NCBI GenBank assembly: GCA_001642005.1
Contig: LWCA01000096.1
Coordinates: 1 to 55,349 of the forward strand
Direction: 5' to 3'
Length of the DNA: 55,349 nt
Source of the DNA: Intoshia linei
Taxonomy: Eukaryota > Animalia > Orthonectida
Position numbers and translations under genes: made by a program. Below are positions 37,829 to 50,100 of the stretch, piece after piece. The number at the start of each line of letters is the position of its first letter. Positions within the stretch are counted from its first letter, which is position 1. The notes beneath the pieces are model-generated. The model saw only the letters and a list, made by a program, of their open reading frames with translations, ran no database searches and was not told where the DNA came from.

Positions 37829-40240
37829 TTAAATGTACAAATCAACCATGGAAATAAACCAAATTTTTATTTTCTCTTCTTTCTTTTTCAATTAAATTCA
37901 TGGCGTATTCTTTAAATGTTGTATAATCCTAAATAATTTTAAAAGTACAATTTTAACATAAACTTAATGCATAAACAATGTTTACCTTTTCCAAAATAAT
38001 TTTCTCTGTCATTAAATGATCACACTTGATTTTTATGTTGATATAATCTTGATTACTATCAATTTTTTCTGTTAATTCTCTAAAAAATGTAAATTATTAT
38101 ATAACTTAAGTATTACAATATTTTTAGTTCTATCCTTACTTACAATAAACAATTATGAAAAAAACTATTTACTTACTTACTAAATACTTACTATTACTTA
38201 CTTTTTAACTTTACTTTTACTACTTTTTTTTTTATGTTATGTCTATATAGCAAAAGTTGCTAAAAATGTATGTAACCATTTATTCAGAACACTGATTCTT
38301 ATAAATTTCAAAAACAAATTCTGAGTAAGTTTTTATAATCATGACGATTATCATAAATTGCAACAATATAAACTTGCATATTTAAGGTCAAAATCAAAAT
38401 TACTCATTATTTCAAAAAATGAAATAAACAAATAGACCCAAAATGAAAACAAAAATCACAGCTAAAACTAAAAAAATGCAAATTTCTAGGGTGCCAATTT
38501 TTATTTTACTTTTATAACATTTTAATTCACCATCATCCTTTACTAATATAAAATTAAATACCTGTGTGTTACCGTTTATTTCAAAAATTAACAATTGTAG
38601 AATTAAAGAAAATCCTATTTCTAATACTGTTTTTCGCGGGTGATGTTTATATATGTTTTATTTTTACAAATTGAATCCTTCCGGGTCAAAACCACAAATT
38701 ACACTTTTTTGTAAAAATAAAAAAGCCCTAGGACTTTATAAAACATAAATTCATGGGATACGTGTTTAAAATCAACATCATTATCATAAATCGTAATCTC
38801 AAAAAAGTGTATTTTCACAATCAAAACCACAATTATCCTTTTAATCCAATTAGAATTAAAATAAAATTACATTTGGTACATTTATATTTAGTTAATACAC
38901 TGACAAAAATTTGAATCTGACAAAGTGATGCCTTCACTATCAAAAAAGCACTTTAGTATGCTTTTTTTTATTTGGAAACTTTTTTGGTCTGGACGGACAC
39001 TTTTGAGATTGCAATTTTTAAATTATATTATTAGTTTAATTAATTTAACTTTTATTTTTTTAATTCACTTCGCAAAGCCGTAATTGACTCATTGAAGTAA
39101 AATAAATGATAAATATTATTATTACTCTATGCATTTATTTTGAATGGATATTTTAGTTTCATATTTATCAACCTTTTCGTTCAGTTTTTTAGCGTCCTGT
39201 AAGTTTTTCTAAATTTAAATTCATAAAAAAAATTTCATCTTGAAAATAAAAAAATAAAAACAAAATATTTATCATATTTTTAAAGAAAGAATAACTTGAG
39301 CAATTTTATTTTTTTTGACTAATAGTTCTTGTAAATTTTTATTTTCAGATTGAATAATATTAATTTTTTTGTTTAAATCTTGACAAGCTATCATTGTATT
39401 TTTATCACTTTTTTCTTTAATATCTAGTATAAAAAATATTTACAGTTAATATACTTTTATAAAATAAATAATTACTATTAACTTCCAAATTTTTACACCT
39501 GATTAATTTTTCTTTGTCCAATAAATCATTTTTTAATTGTTTCATTTCGGTTTGCATATGTTGGTTTTTTAATCTTAATAAAATATAATTTTATTTAATT
39601 ATACTTACGTTAATGTTTCCATTTTTAGTTTATATTCATTATGAGTATTTGAAAATTCTTTTTTTAGCCAAGAAATCATGGTATCTTTTTCTATAAGCTT
39701 TTGGTTTAATATGTTGATTGTTTTATTAAATTTTGAGTTTGTTAAATCTACACTAGATATTTGTAAAACAAGATGTTTGTTTGCTTCTTTGTAATCATTT
39801 TTTATTTTTATCAATTCTACGTGATTTTCATTTAATTGGTTAAATCTATTTTGCCAATGGTCCTTTTCAGTCAATACTTCTATCAGAAAATTTTAATAAC
39901 TTAAATTCAAAAAAAATCAATAAAAAAAATCAAAACCACTATCATATGTGTACCTTTCAAGTTGTTTTCAATAATATCTACACTTGTAGTATACGAAACG
40001 TTTAGTGATTTAGATTTTGTCAACCTATGAGATAAATCATCACAGCGACATTTTAACAGTAAAATTAACTCAGATTGTTGATTAATACGAGAAAGCAAAA
40101 ATCCTTTGTGAGATTTTTCATAATCTGTTAAATTTCTCAAATTTTTAAATTTGTGACAAATATCTTTGGATATTTCATCCTCCTCATCTATTGAATTAAT
40201 CTAAATAGTCAATATTGATTAAGTAATTTCATACCTCCAT
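37829..40240 (-). CDS. CCDC89: Coiled-coil domain-containing protein 89
   Basis: ME|INSIDEED..NLRNLTDYEKSHKGFLLSRINQQSELILLLKCRCDD, RFNQLNENHVELIKIKNDYK and last exon DYTTFKEYAMNLIEKE match recalled CCDC89 motifs (LRSRIEEQSQLICILK, NHQE..FKDEYK). Confidence 0.8.
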
Positions 40241-40395
40241 ATGTTTACAATACAACAATATTTATATGTGGAGTAACCAATATTTGGATTTATTAGATTG
40301 ACTGATACAAATGACTATGACTATGATTCATATATAGTCAATGTTAAGTGACTCTGGAATCAGTTTCGTAGCAACTCTAAACTTGAAAGACTGAT

Positions 40396-40801
40396 ATGAA
40401 CGATTTTGAATCAAAAAAAATGTAATTTTTTAAACGTTTTAATTAACATTAGGGAGTTTAATATACAGTGTACACTCAATTAATTTATCATTGTGATATT
40501 TGTTAATAAATTTGTAGAATCAATTATAATGTGTACATTTTTTTATGTGCATTGGTTAATTATTACATTTTAATATGTAATGTTAAATTAATGTATAACA
40601 TTTAGGGAAAATGAAACTGTTGACGAGGAACTAAACAGCTTTATGAACGGTAGATGTGCTGGACGGCGAAATGCATTAGCTTGCGGTTACAAACTGTCAG
40701 ATGGCGAATTGAAATCACTGAGCGAATTGCGAAAAAATTCAGATATAGACGACGATGGCATTTCCGGTATTACTTCCAATTCTTCTAATGGACAAACTTA
40801 A
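40396..40801 (+). CDS. cAMP-dependent protein kinase inhibitor (PKI family), ~73 aa
   Basis: Exons 40396-40421 and 40606-40801 give MNDFESKKMENETVDEELNSFMNGRCAGRRNALACGYKLSDGELKSLSELRKNSDIDDDGISGITSNSSNGQT*. Pseudosubstrate GRRNAL with Phe at P-11. Confidence 0.8.
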
Positions 40802-41099
40802 TGTTAATAAATTTCTTATTTTATCGATTTTTGGTTTCTATTTTTTTTCTAATTGTATCGTTTCTCAAGACAAATGTGAGATAAGTAGTTTGTAACATTT
40901 ATTTGTTTATTTTTTTGTAATATGAGTAAATTCAATTTACCAACCCTTCCCGAGGATTCTGCAATATTGGATTCTCATTTTCAAAGAAATTTCTTATCTG
41001 TTGCCAGTAGAGCAACTATTTCCAATCGAACAAATTCTGTTTTGACCTCGTATAGCAGGTATTTTTGTTGTTTTTAACTATTAATATGCTCTGATAATT

Positions 41100-42283
41100 A
41101 ACTATCGCATTTTGTACAAGTACAAAAGTCATAAAAAATATAAATAAATTAACCAATCATGAAAGAATGCATTTTAAGCATTGTTTTATGTATTCAGTGT
41201 TTGTAAAAGCTTATGATTTTTGAGCAATCAAGTTAAATAACTTTCAAAAATGTTTTTATTATAATAAAAACATTACTTTACATAAAGTGGCCAGAAAAGT
41301 ACGTACTATCAATTTTAGTTTAACTTAATAAATAATAATATATCTTACCAAATATAGTTTATTTGGTGTTAAATATAAAGCTAAAACTACTTATCTATAA
41401 TGACGAATAAAAATTTTCGGCTTAAAATTTATTCCAAATAAATTATAAGTGATAGTACGTATTTTTCAACATCATTATTATGTTGGTCTCTTTTATCCTT
41501 ACTTTTATTGCTAAGATTGCTGGAAATGTTTAATAAAAATTTTTATTTTTGGTGATTAAACATATTACAGGTGAATTTTGCCAAAACAAGTAAACGTATT
41601 GCAAAGGATTGTAACAAATATAAAAATAATAATAACAAAGTTGTATTACTTTTAGTAATTCGTTGTTGTAATTTTAATTTAAATTTTAAACAAAATGTTT
41701 TGGAAATGAGAATTTGAGATTGAAACATTCCGAAGAAATGATATAGATTTTCACCCATATTTCTATATTGGAAATGTGTAGACGTTCAATGCACATTTTT
41801 TTTGATATTTTAGTATCAATATTTACATTTTCAATTTTTATTTTAATCGAAATACAAATAAGTATTTGAAAAATATTGGTTGATAATATATTAAAAATTA
41901 ATTTTCACCGGGAATGCGTAGATTTCGGGAGTTGAAATTTTGTATTTATATCAACTGAAATAAGCTCTATCAGAATAATCTTTATTTACATTTTCGGACC
42001 GTTAATTATTTCACAATAATATTTATGATTTTAAAATCCGTATCAGAGTATATATTTTTTTAAACTCTCGAACTCGTTTGATTTTCAAAAAAATGAACTA
42101 TTGGGCTTTTTGACCCGTAAAATGAGTGTTTGGGATGTTGAAATTTATTTTGCTAACACCTCCGGAAAAAACTGTAATTAAAATGAGGACTTTATAAAAT
42201 TTTAAGACTGGTAGTTATTGAAATAAACGATAATACACACATATAGAAAAAAAAATCATATTATAATATGCAAGTAAAAAGGA
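41100..42283 (-). mobile_element. Helitron family copy, degenerate, interrupted by the palindromic MITE
   Basis: 41570-42283 aligns with 52280-53134. More diverged fragments follow to ~42840 and occur at ~38550-39000. Confidence 0.7.
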
Positions 42284-44126
42284 TATTTTAAATGTTATTT
42301 TTCACAGGGAAACTTCCGCGGGAATGCTTAATTTATAGGTTGATTTTTTGTATCTATCTGGAATAAGCTCTATCAAAAAATCTTGTATTTAAACTATGAA
42401 ACTATTAAACATTGAATATTTGTGGTTTATAAAATAGTTACCAAACAGAAAAAAAAAATACCAAAGTACTTTTTTTTGACAGTGAAGGCGTCACTTTATG
42501 AGAATGAATTTTTGTGTGTTTTCATTTCAACTTTTTTGATATAATTGTATAAATTGTCATTTTTTATAAATTTTTGAACAACATGTATTTGCTTTTTTCA
42601 AAAAAAGGGTAATTTGTGGTTTTGATAGTGAATATGTACTTTTTGACGTTGCGATTTAGTATAGATAGTGCTTATGATAATAAAAAATATGACAGAATTC
42701 AAGCTTTATACAATTTTACAACTTTTTCATTTTTAAGAAAAGGGTATTTGTGGTTTTGAACTTAAAGATGTAAGTTTCTGAGGCTGAGATTTAAAATAGA
42801 TATAAAATATATTTTTTCAGAACGTCTTTTCCGTTAAATATTTTTTCATAATAATTTACCATATATAAATATCACCAGTTTCATATGCCGATATAATATC
42901 CGATATGTACCCATCAATGGGTTAATTTTCTCCCAATGTGACCATATCGTCATATAAAAAAGAAATAATAAAAGGTGAATAACTTTGATATTAAGCAATG
43001 TACAGACTAATCATTAATCGGTTGCCAACCTATGGCACATTACGTTATTCGAAATGGCGCATTGACAATTTTGATAAATTTAAATTGTGGGATATTTGAA
43101 TTCAAAATTTGAAATTGTAAGTAAGATGCATTTTCTTTCAGTAATCCGTGGTAGTGGAGAAATAACCTAAAAACTTTCCGAATCTACTGGAAAATCCGTT
43201 CACTTTATATTGGTTAATCTTAATTTAACAAAATAATCTTAATGATTGATTTACCGACACTTTAATAATCTTTATTCACTTTATAATTAAGTCTTAATTA
43301 ATGATTTATTATATTCCTTGAAGAATATTATTATGCTTTCAGTAATGCATTTAAATCCAACTATTGGAAGATATCAAAGCAGCCCTAAAAGTCTAATTAA
43401 TTAAGGAGCACTACCCATATACTACAGTATATTTTTATATTATAAAAAAAATTAAAATAGTTTATATTTCTATACGTATAAATTCTATTAGTAGCCGGAG
43501 TTTCACAAAAAAATTTGGCGCATCTGATATATCGCGATATAAAGGTGGCGCATTATATGTAAAAGGTTGGGCCCCTGGATTAATGTATGACATATTTAAA
43601 ATCGTGTAATCTTTTGCAATGGATTTTTATTGGTTATAAAATTATTCATTTCGTTTCTTATCTTCCACAGGTTAAAATGTTATTCCCATTTATAATTAAT
43701 CCTAAAGACAAAAAATTGTACATGAATAAATTGATTTTTAATTAAAATTTTAATTTACAATAATATATCAGAATTTAATAAAATTAATTAAATTTCAATT
43801 TTTTATTGTATATTGTTGGATTCGGTGATTAAATGAGTTATTTTTTGCATAGCGATTACATTTTCAAAAAATTGTTCATTTATGAATGGCAACATTTCAT
43901 AATTGTTAGCATTAATCTCTTGTGACACAATCATTATATTAATCATTGATTTATATTTAAAGTACGAATAATTCTATCAATTTTGAAAATTAATTTTAAA
44001 TGTAACCCTGATATTCACATTAAATATAAAATTTATAAAAATTTAATTTTAAATCATAAATTAATACGTAAAAGGTATCCAAGCTAATTAAAACATTGAA
44101 TACAATCACCAAAATATATAGATAGC

Positions 44127-47100
44127 ATGTCTTCAAAAACTAAAAAAAATGCAAATTTAAGACTAAATTCAGGATCTAACAATAGGCATAACATTTAATT
44201 TGTATATTTATCAAATTTCACATTTAGAGCCACATCAGTTGCAGCTAGTGTTCATGATATTAAACAAAAAAAATTAAACTTGTGGCCCGAATGGGTCGAT
44301 GCTGAAGTTAATGCTGAAAAATGGGTATCTATAATACTATTATGTTGGGGATGTCAATGTTTTTTGTATCCAGAGCAGAAATTACCAACCTTAGGCTAAC
44401 CGAAAATAAAAAATAGGCAACATTGTTTATTCGAAAACGATATGTAGTGTCGTATAGCTCTAGACACCTTTCTAAAGCTCTTGACTTGACAATTTAATTT
44501 TAAATTTAACAAATAGTATAATTGAATATACTCATGATATTCAAGAATATTTTTTTTGAATGCTCAATTTTGAAAAATAAGACCCCATTATAATAAAATT
44601 TAGTCGAGGCCCACAAGAGGCACCTCGGGCATGGTAACTTCTGTTTTTATTGCATCTAATATTCACAATTATGTCATTTAAAATTTTCTAGTACAATTTT
44701 TATGGAATAATTCATTTATTTACATATAACAGTTATATAACTAATTAGGATGTCACAGCAAAGAATAAAGAAAAAGAAAAATCAAAAAATGTCACTTTTT
44801 CTCAAAATATTATTCCAGGAGTCAATTATTTTGATGACCCGGAAGGAAAAATTGAAATGCCTTCAAACATCAAAGTGGCAGAATGGAAGCGACCACCTGA
44901 AATTATTTTAGATGTAAAAACATAAAATATACATTTATTTGTAATAAGGGTATATAAGCTGTGTTGAAGAATGTAGAAAGTAAGCAAGTGGTGTAGATAC
45001 CAATATTTTTTGCTAATTAATTACTTTTTATTTTTGATACATTTTACCTGAAAAGTAACTTAAACCTTACGTAATTTGTAATTTGACAAACCGTTATAAA
45101 CTCATTTTTTAATCTAATTTGATTGTACATGTGAGTTATACGTGGCATATTAAAACTTGATCAAATATTTTATGATTTTTTTCCGCGGAGTATTTAGATC
45201 AGGGGTGTCAGACTCAATTTGCTTGACGGGCCAAATGTGAAAAAAAAATTATTACGCGGGCCGCACAAAAAATCTTTAATCAAAAAATTATGTTAAAACT
45301 AACAGTTTTAGTTAATTTATAATAATTTTAATTCATAAAATGAAATAAGAAACTATAATAATGGAATAAGTGTACAAATAATGTTAAAATTGTAATTATG
45401 AATAAATAAATCATAAAAAATATATGAAAAAACTGTAAAAAAAGAAATGTGTATAAAAAATTGTTATAAAAATAAAAATTTTTATTATAACGCGGGCTCG
45501 CTCATTCAATAATTGAGGCAGCAAATGGCCCAAGGGCCGCATAATTGATACCTCTAATTTAGATTTAAAATCTTTAGTTATTTAATATTCCCATTTATGA
45601 GATATGCCAACTTTTGTTAATTTTGCGCGAGTTTGGATTTACCAAATTATCCCAAAAATCAATAATTATAATCAATTGGGTTATATTTTAAATTTCCTGT
45701 AAATATTGACTCATATTACTGAAAAAATGAAAAAAAAAATAATTAAATAAAATAAATATATATATAATATATATTATACATTATTACTAGGTTGACTGTT
45801 ATGTACTACGTACAAACAGCACCTAGCTCTGCCAAGGGCACATTTTTATTATACCAAAAGAATAAATTCAAGTTAAAGTGAATTATTTTATCTTAAATTT
45901 TTTTTGTTAACATTTGCGTAAAAAATTTTAAAAACAATTGTAATCCCATATTTATAATTTATTAGACAGAATGTTTGTATAATATTTAAAATAAAGTAAA
46001 AACAGTCTAATCCTAAAAATTGTCATAAATAGCATAATAAAAAAAAAAGGGGTAATTTGGAGTTTTGGCCCTGAAAATAAATTTTTTTTGAATTTAAATT
46101 TATGATAATATTTACGATTTTAAAATCCGTATCAGAGTATATATTTTTTTAAACTCTTGAACTTGTTTGATTTTCAAAAAAATGACAATTAAGCTTTTTG
46201 ACCCGTAAGATGTGAGTTTCGAAGGTTGAAATTTATTTTACTAACACCCCGGAAAAAAATTTAATTGAATGTGGCTTTTATAAAATTCTAAGACTGGTAG
46301 TTATTGAAATAAACGGGAACACACATATACAAACAAATATTACGTAGCATATTATATATGTAAGGATTACAATTAAATTAAATTAATTATAGAGTTAAAC
46401 TTGTAATCTGTATAAATTATAAGTTAAAAATTGAATGTTTTAGTTTCCTGTTCTAGTAGAACCAGAAAAAAGCGAGCATTTTTACTTTGATAGTGATATT
46501 AATAAACATGCCTTTAAAAGCGAGGTAAATTAATAAAAGAAAAATAATTTTTAATATTATTATTAACATTTAGACAAATAGATGGATAGCAAGTCAAATA
46601 ACTTATTTGTTTAATTATTGCAAATTTTATAATTTGCATTGCAACAACTTAAAAGAAGATAAAGCTCAAAATTCATTAAATGTATCACCTATTGTGGATA
46701 CATTAAATGACGACGTTCCTCTATGGATGTCCACGTGGCGTCCGTGGGAGCATATTTATGCTATGAATAAAATTGTAAAGGGACCTCACTTTACTCCATA
46801 CAATCCAAATGGGAAATATGCTGTCAAGCTCTATTGGCTGGTAATATCAATTTTTTTCTAATGTAATAAGATACATCATGTATACCCTAAAATATGTGAA
46901 TATTTGAATTTTCCAATTTATTGAATAAAATGTTATTATTTACATTAATCAATTTAGGGAAGCTATCGAAAAATAATCGTAGATGATACAATACCAGTAG
47001 ATTCAAATGGAAATGTTTTATTATTGAGAACGCAACGATTGTACGAATTATGGCCAATTATCCTGAACAAAGCGTTGCTCAAAATTGCTTCATTAGAGTT

Positions 47101-50100
47101 ATTATTTAAATAATATACATTTATGTATTCATGTAATCATATACTACGTGTTTCTCAAAATATTTTTTTCGATGCACTCTAAATTTTATTAAATAATTAA
47201 TAGCAATAATAATAAAAATGTTTTCAATGTTCGATGGATAAAAAAGAAATAAATATTATAAGAATTATTAATACTTTGTATAACCAGCAGTTAGCTCGGT
47301 CGGGTCGACTTTTTAAGTTATAAAATAAATTTATTTTTTTAGACCAAATTTTTTAATTGATTATAATAATAAATTAATAATTATAATTATAGACAATTAG
47401 TGCATAATAGGGTGTTTCCAAAATCATAAATACAGAAATGTATCAATAAAAAAACATGAATTTTGTTTGAATTCAAAAAAACCCTCTTATCTTGTTTCAA
47501 TTTTAGCGAAATATGTTAGAAATGTGAAAAATACATACAAATGAATTTCACGACGCTTACATCAGTGATTCCCGATTCAATAAGAATGAATTTGAACATT
47601 TTTCTTGTCTTTTCTTTTCGATAATTTTTTTTCGGCACTTTATTTAATAATATATTTTACTATATCTCCCGAACCCCCAGGTATGTAGTTTTGGACGCCA
47701 ATCGGGAATCACTGTATTACATTATATTACCTTTTAGTTACATTTCTGGAAATTATAAAAGTGAATTTGGAGAATTTAATGTTTTGCACAGTCTATTAGG
47801 ATATATACCTCATAGAATGAACATTTCCTACGATATGTATAATTTATCATCATATTTATAAATCTAATCATTTTTTTGTCATTAGAGAAAGCGATAAAAT
47901 GAGTTTGTGGAATACAATGTTAGATGATATAACTGAATATAAACAATATACTCCGGTAAAATGTATTTACATTTATGTAATAATAATATTATATTATTTA
48001 ATATTAATAGTTAATACATGAAATAATTTAAAAAAATATATCAATTAATGTTGAATATTTTAGCCTAGACCCGAGTCAACTATTGAAATGGTAGAACAGT
48101 TAACCTTAAAAGTAGATAACAAAAAAATTGACAGAAAAGAAACGAAAGGTAATGTAATATAAAACTAAAAAAATGTTAGCAGTGCTAACTTGCGTGTCTG
48201 TTTGATACTTGGTACAAACAGTAACTAAATTTGATATGAAATTATTATATATCATAATATGATTAGCAACTGTAAATGACGAAGATTCAGTTGATCGATG
48301 TATTGTTAGAACGATACATGGTTCCCTATTGGGGTCCGTGAGATTCAAATGAAAAATAAAAAAATTTATTCAACTTTTGTTTATGTTTATTAAAGAATCT
48401 TTAATATTCATTACAGAGTTACCAGATGTTAGGAATTTATCCCAAAGCCTAGACGACTATTATAGACGATCATACATTACTATTTTAAAAATCCCACTTA
48501 TATCTCACCATTTCAAAATCTAAGAGAAAAATTGTGTTTAACTAATTGTTACTTAAAACCTTACTTACTTAAATTGTGAAAAACCATGTTTCTTTTAGGG
48601 TCCAAAAAAATAAATGTTTTGAAATAGGGGTACACTATTTTAATCGGTAACTACTGTCTTAGACCGACATAATCATCGTTTTTAATAATTTATCTTTTCT
48701 TTTCATGAAATTTTTGTGGGTTTTTTCAGGGAATATTTTTAAATATTTTATAGATTTTAGGACCCAAATTTATTTGGTTTTTAATGGAAGTTTTTTTCAT
48801 ACAATTTTTAAAGATTTTGAAGATAATTTCGGGACCAAGATTTGATAGGGTTTTTAAGGCAAAAGTTTTTTAATATTTTAAAGATAATTTTTGGACTAAA
48901 ATTTTTTAGGGGATTTAACGAAATATTTTTAACATTTTATGGGATCTTCAAAATATTTAAAAATTGGGTAAAAAAATCCCTTAAAAATTTTACCAATATG
49001 CTTTTTAAGTTAAGGCTAAATTATGCATAATATATAATAATGCAGACATCAAAATTAAATTCATGAAAAAAAAAAATTAAATCAACTGAAACGATTCAAC
49101 AGTATTTTAGTGGACTTGTGAGTCATAATTGTTTTGTGGTCACAATCTTAAAACAATGTGACTAAACCTTGCTGATATGTATAATTAAATAAATGTAATA
49201 TTTAGTAAATATAAAAGACGACAAAAAGAAAAGTAATTTTAATATTATATCTACAATACCTTATATAGCGGATAAATCAAATTCATACATAAGTGAGGAT
49301 TTTTCACTTTTAAATTTACCCAAGAAAATATACATGGCTTCATATTTTTTGCACAGTTTAAAGGAGGAATCTGACGTTGTTAAAAGACAACCAAATTCAA
49401 AAAACGTAAGTGTATGTGTTAGAATTATAATGAAAAAATATTTGTATAGGCTCAGTCAATAAAAATTTGTGATAAATATGGACTAAAATATAGAGAATCG
49501 CATCCAGTATTAATTACTAGAGTTAGAAAATGTCCATTGGGCAATATAGCACCAAAATTACCTACTCCAAAATGGAAATTAATTAGACCTAGAAATGAAG
49601 ATAATATTAACGGTATTTTTGATAAAATGTATATTTAATTACACAATTGGTACAAATTTTTGCATACCAATGCTTTAATATATTTAGATCCGCATATTTT
49701 TTTACTTTTTGTTCATTTTTAAAAATTTAAACTACAATTTATTATAAAATTTACACCTTGGTCTTGCTGAGCATATCTTAATTTATCTTAGATGATGTGA
49801 AAATTAAAAGCGTTGAAATATGTTCCATATTTTTGCTTCAAAAAGAAATAGAATTCGACCCAAATCCAATAATAAGGTTTATTATTGATTGACACTAATA
49901 TAATTTATATTATATTTATAATAAATATAAAAAATTTTATTGTATATTAAATTCTCCTAAATCAGTGGTTCCCAAGTTGGGAATCCCAACATACTTTACA
50001 GTTAGTACCCCTAAACTGAAAAAAAATAATTTGGTACCCATAATAATTTAAATTTAGTGTAACTATGACATTATATCAATTAAAAAAATTGTTTTAAAAA

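Noticed and set aside
38130-38225. TTAC-rich tract
   Set aside because: Degenerate intronic microsatellite; not telomeric.
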